Origin: Candidatus Obscuribacteraceae bacterium
GTDB taxonomy: Bacteria; Cyanobacteriota; Vampirovibrionia; Obscuribacterales; Obscuribacteraceae
DNA: 64,000 nt
NCBI GenBank assembly: GCA_044226015.1
Contig: JBGAHS010000009.1
Location: 160,001-224,000 of the forward strand
Direction of reading: 5' to 3'
Shown: piece by piece, positions 28,630 to 38,231 of the stretch
Layout: the number at the start of each line of letters is the position of its first letter
How positions within the stretch are numbered: the first letter of the stretch is position 1
Notes under the pieces: model-generated
The model's database searches: none
What the model was told of the DNA's origin: nothing
Seen by the model: only the letters and a program-made list of their open reading frames with translations
Made by a program: the position numbers and the translations under genes

Positions 28630-28695
28630 TTCTATGAAGGGCGGCTGATTCAGCCGCCCTCTGTACTAGACAGACTAGATTTTGAGGAAAATTCA

Positions 28696-30171
28696 ATGAC
28701 GCAAGCAGCCGCTGCCAAACGAAAGGACCCAATCGGAGGTCCTGGAGACCTCATTCAAATGCTGGGTGCAGCAGGGCTGAAAGAAAGAATACTCTTTACT
28801 GCTTGCATGATTGCGATTTACAGAATTGGGGTTCACATTCCATTGCCGGGCGTTGACCCGATGGCAATGACTAAGCACCCTGAACTTGCACAAAACCTGC
28901 TCGGAATGATCGACCTCTTCACCGGCGGTGCGCTGGGTAAGTTGTCGATTTTCTCAATGGGTATTGGTCCTTACATTACCTCGTCAATTATCATGCAGCT
29001 TATGGCTGTGGTAATTCCGAAGTTGGAAGACTTGCAGAAAAACTCGGGTGAAGCTGGGCGCCGTCAACTTTCACAGTACACGCGTTATTTGACAGTTGGT
29101 CTTGCGACTATGCAGTCTTATATGTTGGCTCGATTGCTAACGCAAATACATGGACCTGACGTAGTAGTTATTGCTGGTCCACTCTTCTTATTTTCGGCAA
29201 CCGTAATTTTGACAGCCTCAGCCCTATTCATTATGTGGTTGGGTGAAGTCATTACAGACCGTGGTATCGGAAATGGTGCATCACTGCTCATCTTCCTTGG
29301 TATTGCCTCGCGCTTGCCTACAATGGTTTCTCAAACCGCTGAAGCTGTAAACTCAGGTCAGGTGCCTGGTTTTGGTGTAGCAGTATTGGCTGCAGTTTTC
29401 CTTCTTTTGATAGCTCTGGTTGTTTGCTTGCAACAGGGTGTACGAAAGTTGAAAGTCCTGGGCGCTCGTCGTCAGGCCAAACAAGCCGGAATGATAGATG
29501 CCCCAGATGACTACATGTACCTTCCGGTGAATCCATCGGGAGTCATGGCGATCATCTTCTCCTCATCGCTACTGATGTTTCCAACTACAATCATGCAGTT
29601 TTTCGGTAAGTCAGGACACGATCCTTTTGTCGTTCTGCATGATTCATTGATTAAGGCTCCTGGTATAGGACCTGCCTTCAAAAATTTATGCGATATGAGC
29701 TGGGCACAGGAAACATGGAAATTCCTCAGCCGTGAGTTTGTTGCGTTTACTCAATACAACACGATTGAGCATTCGATAATTTACTTTTTGCTGATCATCT
29801 TCTTTGCCTTCTTTTATGCGTCAATTGTTCTTCCTACGAAGGACATGGCTGAAAACCTCCGAAGAAGCGGACGTGCAATTCAAGGCGTAAAGCCAGGTCG
29901 TCCGACCTCAGATTTCCTTGAAGTTACTCTCAACAGGCTCATCTTCATTGGTGCCACTGCCATCGCCATTGTGGCGATAGTGCCAATTCACGTAGAGCAC
30001 GCCACTGGTGTTGTCACCATGCAAGGTCTGGGCAGCACTTCACTCATCATTCTTGTCGGTGTCGCAATCGACACCCAGAGACAAATCATTACTCATGCTC
30101 TTTCTGCTCGTTACCAGGCTCGAGGCCTGTTCCGCAGTACTGGTTCTCAAACGATAAAGAAAGAAGCCTAA
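28696..30171 (+). CDS. secY: Preprotein translocase subunit SecY
   Basis: SIFSMGIGPYITSSII, GIGNGASL, GVKPGRPT, GSTSLIILVGV. Confidence 0.98.
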   Translation: MTQAAAAKRKDPIGGPGDLIQMLGAAGLKERILFTACMIAIYRIGVHIPLPGVDPMAMTKHPELAQNLLGMIDLFTGGALGKLSIFSMGIGPYITSSIIMQLMAVVIPKLEDLQKNSGEAGRRQLSQYTRYLTVGLATMQSYMLARLLTQIHGPDVVVIAGPLFLFSATVILTASALFIMWLGEVITDRGIGNGASLLIFLGIASRLPTMVSQTAEAVNSGQVPGFGVAVLAAVFLLLIALVVCLQQGVRKLKVLGARRQAKQAGMIDAPDDYMYLPVNPSGVMAIIFSSSLLMFPTTIMQFFGKSGHDPFVVLHDSLIKAPGIGPAFKNLCDMSWAQETWKFLSREFVAFTQYNTIEHSIIYFLLIIFFAFFYASIVLPTKDMAENLRRSGRAIQGVKPGRPTSDFLEVTLNRLIFIGATAIAIVAIVPIHVEHATGVVTMQGLGSTSLIILVGVAIDTQRQIITHALSARYQARGLFRSTGSQTIKKEA

Positions 30172-30202
30172 TAGAAACTCAGATACTGGGAGAATCGAAT
30201 AA

Positions 30203-30868
30203 ATGCAAATACTTTTTCTTGGAGCGCCTGGTGCAGGCAAGGGAACTCAGTGCAAGAGAGTGGCAACAGAGTTGAATCTGCCCCATTTGTCTTCGGGCGA
30301 CCTTCTACGTGAAGCAGTTAAGGCTGGCACCGCTGCTGGTGTTCAGGCCAAGGGCTTTATGGACAAGGGTCAATTCGTTCCAGATGACGTTTTGATTGCA
30401 ATGTTTGAAGACAAGCTCTCGAGTGAAGAGTGCAAGGGTGGATTCATCCTCGACGGTTTCCCGCGCAATGTGGCTCAAGCTGAAGCTCTGGATAAGTTGC
30501 TGGCTAAGATCAAGAAAGACTTGGGTGTTGTTGTGAACCTTGATGTTGATCTAGGCAAATTGAAAGAGCGTATTGTTGGCCGTCGCCTTTGTGCAAATAA
30601 AGCTTGCAATGCGCCATACCATGTCAAGTTTCATGCTCCCAAAGCTGACAACAAGTGCGACCTTTGCGGATCTGAACTATTTCAGCGTTCAGACGACAAG
30701 GAAGAACTAGTTGATACAAGACTCAAAACATACAGTGAACAAACTGAACCACTTATCGACTATTATTCAAAGCGTAATATCCTCAAAACTTTCGATGGCA
30801 ACGGTAATGCTGATGACATCTATAACACCTTGAGGGATTTTTTTAAGAGTCTGAAAGTTCACGCATGA
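30203..30868 (+). CDS. adk: Adenylate kinase with Zn-lid
   Basis: GAPGAGKGT, LDGFPR, Cys-containing lid and RSDD. Confidence 0.98.
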   Translation: MQILFLGAPGAGKGTQCKRVATELNLPHLSSGDLLREAVKAGTAAGVQAKGFMDKGQFVPDDVLIAMFEDKLSSEECKGGFILDGFPRNVAQAEALDKLLAKIKKDLGVVVNLDVDLGKLKERIVGRRLCANKACNAPYHVKFHAPKADNKCDLCGSELFQRSDDKEELVDTRLKTYSEQTEPLIDYYSKRNILKTFDGNGNADDIYNTLRDFFKSLKVHA

Positions 30869-31653
30869 TATTTACTGATCCAGAAGAATTTGATTTGTTT
30901 CGCAAAGCCGGCAAAATTGCTGGTGAAGTGCTCGAAGCAATAAGCAATAAAGTTGAGCCAGGTATCACTACCTGGGAAATAGACGAGTATGCTGAAAAGC
31001 TTATTCGAGAAAAAGGCGCGATTCCCACATTCAAAGGCTATCGCGGCTTTCCAGCGACTGTTTGTATTTCAGTCAATGAGGAAGTTGTGCATGGAATTCC
31101 AAGCAAGCACAAAAAACTCAAAGAAGGAGATGTAATCAGTCTCGACTTAGGAGCCACATTGAGACGCAAAGGTAGCAAAGGTGAAAATCAAGATTTCATC
31201 GGTGATACTGCCCTCACAGTTCCGGTCGGAAAAATTCCTGACCGCTTAGCAAAATTACTCGAAGATACCAAAGCATCTTTGTATGCAGGAATTCGAGCTG
31301 CCCTCGCTGGTGCTACTCTAGACGAGCTTGCCGGGCCCATCGAAGACATTGCTAAAGCTAACTCCTATGGCATTGTCAGGGAGTACGGCGGTCACGGAAT
31401 TGGTTACAAGTACCATGAAGAGCCGTTCATTTTGAATTATCGAACTGGTAGTAAGGAACGACTCAAACCTGGTATGGTTATAGCGATCGAACCCATGTTC
31501 AATTTGGGCGGCGATCGAGTGAAGGTCAAATCTGACAAATGGACCGTTGTAACGCAAGATTACAAGCCATCTGCACATTTTGAACATTCACTTTTGATAA
31601 TGGAAAACGGCGAGCCTGAGATATTGACAAGGCGTCCTAACGAACAAATATGA
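30865..31653 (+). CDS. map: Methionine aminopeptidase type I
   Basis: [18 protein letters not shown]...HEEP, IEPM, SAHFEHS. Confidence 0.98.
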   Translation: MIFTDPEEFDLFRKAGKIAGEVLEAISNKVEPGITTWEIDEYAEKLIREKGAIPTFKGYRGFPATVCISVNEEVVHGIPSKHKKLKEGDVISLDLGATLRRKGSKGENQDFIGDTALTVPVGKIPDRLAKLLEDTKASLYAGIRAALAGATLDELAGPIEDIAKANSYGIVREYGGHGIGYKYHEEPFILNYRTGSKERLKPGMVIAIEPMFNLGGDRVKVKSDKWTVVTQDYKPSAHFEHSLLIMENGEPEILTRRPNEQI

Positions 31654-31871
31654 ATAAACAAGGTGTGATCGAGTTCGAAGGTACAATCCGCGAAAGCCTT
31701 CCCAATGCTATGTTTCGGGTCGAGCTGGATAACGGGCACAAGGTGCTCGCGCATATTTCCGGAAAAATTCGCAAAAACTTCATTAAGATTCTCCCCGGTG
31801 ATCGAGTGCGTGTAGAGCTCACTCCATACGACCTGACCCGCGGGCGCATCACTTACAGAATTAAAGATTGA
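31650..31871 (+). CDS. infA: Translation initiation factor IF-1
   Basis: [26 protein letters not shown]. Confidence 0.99.
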   Translation: MNKQGVIEFEGTIRESLPNAMFRVELDNGHKVLAHISGKIRKNFIKILPGDRVRVELTPYDLTRGRITYRIKD

Positions 31872-32073
31872 GGTAGAATATACCTCCTGTTCGCGGCTGC
31901 ATTGGCTGGACCTCACCAGTCAAGTTTTTTCGGTCCAAAAAGGCCCCGGGAATAAAGCCCGGAGGCTTTATCGTCAGTTCAAGAGTTCCAATCAAGCGGA
32001 TAGCCCCGTGAGTGAGGAGCGATAAGCGAGGAAGCGATGCCTGCTTCAGCGCGCAAGAAAGAGAAGACAAGCA

Positions 32074-32187
32074 ATGAAAGTTAGAGCTTCAGTCAAGAAA
32101 ATTTGTGAAAAGTGCAAGGTAATTCGTCGTAAAGGACGAGTCGCAATCATTTGCGAAAACCCCAAGCATAAGCAACGCCAGGGTTAA
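32074..32187 (+). CDS. rpmJ: 50S ribosomal protein L36 (C+ type), absent from the ORF track
   Basis: Translated by hand: [37 protein letters not shown]. Confidence 0.98.
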   Translation: MKVRASVKKICEKCKVIRRKGRVAIICENPKHKQRQG

Positions 32188-32256
32188 TACCGGCTCGCCG
32201 AAAGGCGAAATGTTTGACGTTCGATGTATATAACCCCCGAAAGGGATGGAGGATAG

Positions 32257-32637
32257 ATGGCTCGCATAGCGGGTGTTGACCTGCCAAGAAACAAAAAAGT
32301 CTACATAGCGCTTCGCTACCTATATGGTGTCGGACCTACTGGTGCTGCAAAAATTTGCGAAAAGCTGAGTATTGCAGACCACAAGCGTGTACAAGACCTC
32401 ACAGAAGATGAAGTCAACCGTATTCGTGAAGAGATAGACAAGAACTGGCAGGTGGAGGGTGACCTCCGTCGTGTCGAAGGTCTCAATGTTAAGAGACTTA
32501 TCGAGATCAACTGCTTCCGTGGTCAACGTCACCGCAAGGGTCTACCGACCCGCGGTCAGAGAACGAAGACCAATGCTCGTACAAGACGTGGACGCAAGCG
32601 CGTCACCGTTGCCAACAAAAAAGTCGCTACCAAGTAG
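32257..32637 (+). CDS. rpsM: 30S ribosomal protein S13
   Basis: [22 protein letters not shown]. Confidence 0.99.
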   Translation: MARIAGVDLPRNKKVYIALRYLYGVGPTGAAKICEKLSIADHKRVQDLTEDEVNRIREEIDKNWQVEGDLRRVEGLNVKRLIEINCFRGQRHRKGLPTRGQRTKTNARTRRGRKRVTVANKKVATK

Positions 32638-32796
32638 CACTAGTCGAGTTGATTGCGATTGCAGGATCGCAATCAACGACGAGTTTAAAAGGCATAACGA
32701 CGATTACGGATCAAGTATTAGGGAAACGAGCCTGTGGCTAAACCCAGGCAGTATGCGGAGTAATCCGCACAACGTAAAAAAGGACCAAAGACAGAA

Positions 32797-33189
32797 ATGG
32801 CTAAAGCACCAAAAGCAAGAGCTAAGAAAAAAGACCGCCGCGTAGTACTTGAAGGCGTTGTACATATTCAATCAACCTTCAATAACACCATTGTCAGTGC
32901 CACAGACCCGGTCGGAGCGGTTATCGCATGGGCCTCGGCAGGTACGGTAGGATTCAAGGGCGCCAAGAAAGGCACTCCGTTTGCTGCTCAGCAAGCTGCA
33001 GAATCCGTAGCAAAGCGTTCGATGGACCAGGGCATGCGCAAGTGTGAAGTGCTGGTTAAGGGACCGGGAGCCGGACGTGAAACGGCAATTCGTGCTCTTC
33101 AATCATCGGGGCTTGAGATTACGTTGATCCGTGACTGCACACCGATTCCACATAACGGTTGCCGTCCACCAAAGAGACGTCGCGTGTAA
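32797..33189 (+). CDS. rpsK: 30S ribosomal protein S11
   Basis: [30 protein letters not shown]. Confidence 0.99.
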   Translation: MAKAPKARAKKKDRRVVLEGVVHIQSTFNNTIVSATDPVGAVIAWASAGTVGFKGAKKGTPFAAQQAAESVAKRSMDQGMRKCEVLVKGPGAGRETAIRALQSSGLEITLIRDCTPIPHNGCRPPKRRRV

Positions 33190-33244
33190 TACACGGAACC
33201 AATTGCAGTAAGCATTGGAACCGCATTTTTGAGGAGATACGGCA

Positions 33245-33868
33245 TTGGCCAGGTATTGTGATTCAGTATGCAAATTGTGCCGCAACGAAGGCACCAAACT
33301 CTTTTTGAAGGGCTCACGTTGCTATAGCAGCAAGTGCGCCATCGAGCGCCGTCGCTACCCTTCAGGTCAGCACGGTCAGGAAAGAAAGAAGCAATCCGAG
33401 TATGCGATTCAGCTTCGTGAGAAACAGAAAGTTCGTCGTGGTTATGGCGTTCTTGAAAGACAATTCTCACGTTATTTCGAATCTGCATCGCGTCAGAAAG
33501 CAGTTCCAACAGGTCTGCGTTTGCTTCAGCTTCTTGAAGTACGTCTCGACAACATCGTCCACCGTTCTGGCATGGTGCCATCGCGCGCTCAAGCCAGACA
33601 GCTCATTTTGCACGGTCACGTTACCGTCGATGGAAATGTTGTCACCGTTCCTTCTCTCCAGTTGAAGGTTAATCAAGTCGTTTCTGTTAAAGACAAGAGC
33701 AAGTCTCTCGTCAAAAAGCTGATCGCCGACAATCCTTCTGCAGGCGCACCGAGATGGGTGTCAGCTGACCTTGAAAATCTCAAAGTGTCAGTTCAACAGC
33801 TTCCAGCTCGTGAAGATTTAGACCAAACAATTAAAGAAGCGCTCATAGTTGAATTCTATTCGCGTTAA
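33245..33868 (+). CDS. rpsD: 30S ribosomal protein S4 (Zn-binding N-terminus)
   Basis: CKLCR..G..LFLKG.RC....C, QLREKQK, RLDNIV and IVEFYSR. TTG start. Confidence 0.99.
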   Translation: MARYCDSVCKLCRNEGTKLFLKGSRCYSSKCAIERRRYPSGQHGQERKKQSEYAIQLREKQKVRRGYGVLERQFSRYFESASRQKAVPTGLRLLQLLEVRLDNIVHRSGMVPSRAQARQLILHGHVTVDGNVVTVPSLQLKVNQVVSVKDKSKSLVKKLIADNPSAGAPRWVSADLENLKVSVQQLPAREDLDQTIKEALIVEFYSR

Positions 33869-33901
33869 TTCATAACAAGCCTTCAAGGAGAAACTGGACG
33901 A

Positions 33902-34858
33902 ATGTACGGAGTAAGCATCGAACCGCTCAAGATCAAGTGCCTGGAAAACAAAACCGGCACCGATGGATCTATTTATGGCAAGTTCGTAATTGAGCCACTG
34001 GAAAGAGGATATGGCACCACTGTGGGCAACTCGTTGCGCAGAGTATTGCTGAGCTCTCTTGAAGGTGCATCTGTTACTGCAGTAAGAATGGAAGGTGTCA
34101 CCCACGAATTCACCACCATTCCGGGTGTTGTTGAAGATGTAATCGACATCATGCTCAACTTGAAAGGTCTTGTTGTTAAGTCATTTAGCAACGACCCACA
34201 ATATCTGCATATCGATTTGCAGCGCTCAGGTCCGGTCACCGGCCGCGATATCATCTGCCCAGCAGACGTGACAATCATCAATCCTGATTGGCAAATCTGC
34301 ACATTGGCTGAAGATGGTCGCATCCGCGCTGAAATCACAGTAGAGCGTGGTCGCGGTTATGTACCGGCTGATCAACACAGCCACTACAAGCAAGCTATCG
34401 ACGTATTGCCAATCGACGCAGTATTCATGCCGATTCGCAAAGTCAGCTATAACGTCGAGCCGACCCGCGTTGGCGAGTCAACCGACTACGACAAACTGAC
34501 AATCGACCTCTGGAGCAATGGCTCAATCGACGCAACCGAAGCAATCAGCCAGGCTGCTCGTCAATTGATCGACCACCTCGTTCCAATCGCTGAACTTTCC
34601 GGAAGACCAGTAGTACCGGTTGCACCACAACCAACACAGTCTGATGGCAAGCATCATTCAATCTCTATCGAAGAATTGGAACTCTCAGTAAGAGCTTATA
34701 ACTGCTTGAAGAGAGCCAATATTCATTCACTCGGTGAGCTTCTCAAACTAAGTTACGATGATTTGATGAACATCAAAAACTTCGGTAAGAAGTCTGCCGA
34801 CGAAGTAATCGAACGTCTCAGACAATTTGGTTTGGGTCTTTCAGACACCGCCAAATAA
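33902..34858 (+). CDS. rpoA: DNA-directed RNA polymerase subunit alpha
   Basis: EPLERGYGTTVGNSLRRVLL, LELSVRAYNCLKR, NFGKKS. Confidence 0.99.
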   Translation: MYGVSIEPLKIKCLENKTGTDGSIYGKFVIEPLERGYGTTVGNSLRRVLLSSLEGASVTAVRMEGVTHEFTTIPGVVEDVIDIMLNLKGLVVKSFSNDPQYLHIDLQRSGPVTGRDIICPADVTIINPDWQICTLAEDGRIRAEITVERGRGYVPADQHSHYKQAIDVLPIDAVFMPIRKVSYNVEPTRVGESTDYDKLTIDLWSNGSIDATEAISQAARQLIDHLVPIAELSGRPVVPVAPQPTQSDGKHHSISIEELELSVRAYNCLKRANIHSLGELLKLSYDDLMNIKNFGKKSADEVIERLRQFGLGLSDTAK

Positions 34859-34879
34859 GCACTAAAAGGAATTGGAATT

Positions 34880-35329
34880 ATGCGTCACCGCAAACCAGGA
34901 AATCGTCTAAGCCGCCCGCAAGACCAGAACAATGCAATTCTTCGCGCTCTGGCTACCGAGCTTCTTCGTCACGATGAAATCGTCACCACTTTGTCAAAAG
35001 CAAAAGCTGTTCGCAGCCATGCAGAAAAGATGATTACGCTTGCTAAGCATGGTCGTCTGGCTGACAAAGAAACGCTCTACAAAAACGCTAAGAGTGAAGA
35101 TGCTGCAGTTGCAAGCGAAGCTTCAAAAGCAATTGCTAAGCATGTTCATAAACGTCGTCAAATGCAAGCTTTCATCTATGACAAAGATGTGGTCAGCCGC
35201 ACTTTTGATGAAATCGCTCCGCGTTATGAAAAGCGTAACGGTGGCTACACACGTATCGTGAAGACTCACTTCCGTCGTGGTGATGCTGCTCCGATGGCTC
35301 TTATTCAGTTGGTTGAAGCTGACAAATAG
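34880..35329 (+). CDS. rplQ: 50S ribosomal protein L17
   Basis: MRHRK, RNGGYTRI, RRGDAAPM. Confidence 0.99.
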   Translation: MRHRKPGNRLSRPQDQNNAILRALATELLRHDEIVTTLSKAKAVRSHAEKMITLAKHGRLADKETLYKNAKSEDAAVASEASKAIAKHVHKRRQMQAFIYDKDVVSRTFDEIAPRYEKRNGGYTRIVKTHFRRGDAAPMALIQLVEADK

Positions 35330-35351
35330 TCAGTTCTGACCTATTCGATTT

Positions 35352-35377
35352 GGGCAGCCGCCTGGCTGCCCTTTTTG
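35352..35377 (+). terminator. Intrinsic terminator after rplQ
   Basis: GGGCAGCC-gcct-GGCTGCCC-TTTTTG. Confidence 0.85.
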
Positions 35378-35470
35378 TTATGGGACCTGAATCGGTTGGA
35401 ATCCGATCTGAGTGAATCTGTCCTTTTCTTTTGTATGTCGTTTCTTGTTTTGACAGTCAAGAATTCGCCA

Positions 35471-35502
35471 GATCCGAAGTCGCCAGGATGGCGGGGCCCA
35501 GA
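35471..35502 (-). repeat. REP-like extragenic palindrome, copy 2
   Basis: Reverse complement TCTGGGCCCCGCCATCCTGGCGACTTCGGATC resembles 4149-4183. Confidence 0.5.
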
Positions 35503-35526
35503 CCGAACTGAACGAAGAAGATGTAG

Positions 35527-36459
35527 ATGAGTACGAGAAGAATAGCCGTAAAAATGGAGTACGCTGGCGAAAAGTTCAGCGGCTCTCAAATGCAGGCCAA
35601 CGCTCGTACTGTGCAGGAAGATTTTGAGAAAGCTCTAAACGTACTTTTTCGCACTGGAAGCACTCGAAGCATCAAGGCGACCTTATGTGGACGAACAGAT
35701 GCCGGCGTCAATGCAAGAGGGCAGGTCGCTCATTTTGACCTTGATGACGAGTTTCTTTTGCGTTGTTTTTCAGTACTGGCGGCAGATGGCAAACAGTTGG
35801 CTCATAGTGGACGTGCCAACATGGTAATTTCGCTTGATGAGCTTGAGAAGCCAATTGTGGATTCAGAAGTCTTGCGAAGAATGTGTTGGGCACTTAACGG
35901 CATTCTGGAAAAAGACATCAGTATTGTCGAGGCTCAGGTCGTTCCGGACAAATTCAACGCCAGATTTACTGCGGTTAAGAGAACATATTTGTATCGTATC
36001 CTTAATAGAGAGCAAAGGACGGCGATAGGTCACAAAGAGCAACATTTTATTCCGTTTCAGCTCGATGTTGATGCAATGAAAGTGGCTGCTGAAGCGCTTC
36101 TCGGCAAGCATGACTTCAGCGCATTTAAGTCTTCTAATGCTGATTTGCGAACCACAATCTGCCGCGTTGAGCGCGCTGAATTATTGAAGAAAGGTGAATC
36201 TGAGCTTGAATTCTGGATTTCAGCCAATCACTTCGTTTACAATATGGTGCGCATTATTGTCGGGACGTTAATAGACGTTGGACTCGGCAAACGCGCACCG
36301 TCGGTCATCGCTGATGCTTTGGCTGCGAAGGACAGGCAATTTGCCGGACCCACCGCACCGCCTTGGGGGCTCTGTCTTTATTCGGTAGATTACCCGGCTG
36401 AGTACAAATTGTTTGAGAGAGAGACCAGAGAAGGTTCTCTAATTAGTCAGGAGAAATGA
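35527..36459 (+). CDS. truA: tRNA pseudouridine(38-40) synthase
   Basis: GRTDAGV catalytic motif, FNARF, GKHDFSAF, YNMVRIIVG, TAPPWGL. Confidence 0.97.
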   Translation: MSTRRIAVKMEYAGEKFSGSQMQANARTVQEDFEKALNVLFRTGSTRSIKATLCGRTDAGVNARGQVAHFDLDDEFLLRCFSVLAADGKQLAHSGRANMVISLDELEKPIVDSEVLRRMCWALNGILEKDISIVEAQVVPDKFNARFTAVKRTYLYRILNREQRTAIGHKEQHFIPFQLDVDAMKVAAEALLGKHDFSAFKSSNADLRTTICRVERAELLKKGESELEFWISANHFVYNMVRIIVGTLIDVGLGKRAPSVIADALAAKDRQFAGPTAPPWGLCLYSVDYPAEYKLFERETREGSLISQEK

Positions 36460-36462
36460 GTC

Positions 36463-36894
36463 GTGAAAACCACAGTGCCTAAGGTAGAAGATGTCCAGCG
36501 CGACTGGTACGTCGTTGACGCAGAAGGCCAGACATTGGGCAGGCTGGCGGTGCAAGTTGCCAACGTTCTTCGTGGCAAGCATAAGCCCATCTTCACTCCG
36601 CACATGGATTGTGGCGATTTCGTAGTTATCGTCAACGCTGAAAAAATCCAGCTTAGCGGAAACAAAGAAACCCAGAAGCTTTATCGTCACCACTCTGGAT
36701 ATCCAGGTGGTTTCAAAATCGAAACTGCAAAAGCATTGAGAGAGCGTCGCCCAGATCAATTGGTTGAGCGCGCTGTCAAAGGCATGCTCCCACACACCAG
36801 ATTGGGCGCTCGCCAATTCACCAAATTGAAAGTTTATGTTGGCGGCGAGCATCCACATGCTGCTCAAAACCCAAAGGCTTTGGAAATCAAATAG
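36463..36894 (+). CDS. rplM: 50S ribosomal protein L13
   Basis: WYVVDA...LGRLA, LRGKHKP, HPHAAQ. Confidence 0.99.
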   Translation: MKTTVPKVEDVQRDWYVVDAEGQTLGRLAVQVANVLRGKHKPIFTPHMDCGDFVVIVNAEKIQLSGNKETQKLYRHHSGYPGGFKIETAKALRERRPDQLVERAVKGMLPHTRLGARQFTKLKVYVGGEHPHAAQNPKALEIK

Positions 36895-36941
36895 TCAATT
36901 AGTGTAGCCAGCAAGGCAGGAAGAAAAGGAAAGATATTGCG

Positions 36942-37340
36942 ATGACAAGCGTAATTCAGTATTACGGAACCGGAAGAAGAAAAACAGCGACCGCTCGCGT
37001 TCGTCTCGTTCCAGGTACCGGCAAGGTCACAATCAACAACAGAACCGTTGAAGATTATGTTGGCAATCGTCCAGGTCTCGCTCGTGAAATCGGATTGCCA
37101 TTTGAAATCGCTGATGCTCAGGGACGTTTTGACGTAATCGTCAACGTTTGTGGCGGCGGAATTTCCGGACAGGTCGGTGCGATTCGTCACGGTATCTCCA
37201 GAGCCCTTGCAGAAGCAGCTCCTCAGAACCGTCCATTGCTCCGCACAATTGACTTACTCACTCGTGACCCACGCGTCAAAGAGCGTAAGAAATATGGTCG
37301 TAAGCGTGCTCGTAAGCGTTTCCAATTCAGCAAGCGCTAA
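36942..37340 (+). CDS. rpsI: 30S ribosomal protein S9
   Basis: GTGRRKTA, GGGISGQ, ERKKYG...QFSKR. Confidence 0.99.
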   Translation: MTSVIQYYGTGRRKTATARVRLVPGTGKVTINNRTVEDYVGNRPGLAREIGLPFEIADAQGRFDVIVNVCGGGISGQVGAIRHGISRALAEAAPQNRPLLRTIDLLTRDPRVKERKKYGRKRARKRFQFSKR

Positions 37341-37368
37341 TTTGTCAGAGCAGCACAAAGAATCGAAG

Positions 37369-37396
37369 AAGGTCCAGCATTTGCTGGACCTTTTTT
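37369..37396 (+). terminator. Intrinsic terminator after rpsI
   Basis: AAGGTCCAGCA-tt-TGCTGGACCTT followed by a T run. Confidence 0.85.
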
Positions 37397-37430
37397 GTAC
37401 AATCAGCTTGCTGCACCATAGGAGTTACGC

Positions 37431-38087
37431 ATGCGTGATTTAGTCATTTTTGGAACCACCGGACTGGCTGAACTTCTGCATTTCTTCTTTACTAATGACT
37501 CTGAATATTCCGTCAAAGCATTTACGGTTGACCGTGATTTCTTGACTGAGACAAGCTATCTCGGATTGCCGGTAGTTCCTTTTGACGAGGTCACGCAGCA
37601 TTTTTCCCCATCAGAATTTGGAATGGCGGTGGCTGTTGGTCCCAAGAAAATAAATGGAATTCGCAAGGAAAAATACCTTGCTGCAAAATCCATGGGCTAT
37701 AAACTGGCTTCCTATGTCAGTTCACGCAGCTCAATTTGGAACACCACAGTTGGTGAAAACACATTCGTATTTGAAAATTCAGTGATTCAACCTTTCGTAG
37801 AGATAGGCAATAACGTTATCGTCTGGAGCACAAATCACCTCGGCTACCACTCGGTCATTCGCGATCATGTCTTCATATCAGCCCATGTTGTTATTGGTGG
37901 TGGCGTTGAAATCGGTGAACAGTGCTTTCTGGGACTCAACAGCACAATTAGGGACCATGTTAGGGTTGGCGAGCGCTGCCTCGTTGGCGCTGGAGCTCTA
38001 ATTTTGGGGGACACGCCAGCCGATGGCTTCTTCCGTGTCGGTGGTACTCCTCGTCTGACGAAAGACAATTCCTCCATTCATCTGTAA
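37431..38087 (+). CDS. NeuD/PglD-like hexapeptide-repeat sugar O-acyltransferase
   Basis: Rossmann-like N-terminus (LVIFGTTGLA) and left-handed beta-helix hexapeptides (VGENTF, IGNNVI, IGEQCF, VGERCL). Confidence 0.88.
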   Translation: MRDLVIFGTTGLAELLHFFFTNDSEYSVKAFTVDRDFLTETSYLGLPVVPFDEVTQHFSPSEFGMAVAVGPKKINGIRKEKYLAAKSMGYKLASYVSSRSSIWNTTVGENTFVFENSVIQPFVEIGNNVIVWSTNHLGYHSVIRDHVFISAHVVIGGGVEIGEQCFLGLNSTIRDHVRVGERCLVGAGALILGDTPADGFFRVGGTPRLTKDNSSIHL

Positions 38088-38231
38088 GCTCTCGCAAATA
38101 CAACGTTTTAGAGTTTTACTCGTCGTAAGGCTTCCTGGAAGTCGTCAGGATTTGTTGATTTTTGCTATTCTGCGGATTATAGACCCCGTCTTCCGGGCAC
38201 TATATTTGGGGATTTGAAACGGGTGGTATGC

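Noticed and set aside
18400..37200. Many antisense and alternate-frame ORFs over ribosomal genes (e.g. 27112-27906, 26615-27259, 23461-23994)
   Set aside because: They are shadows of conserved genes with biased codon usage and show no recognisable motifs.
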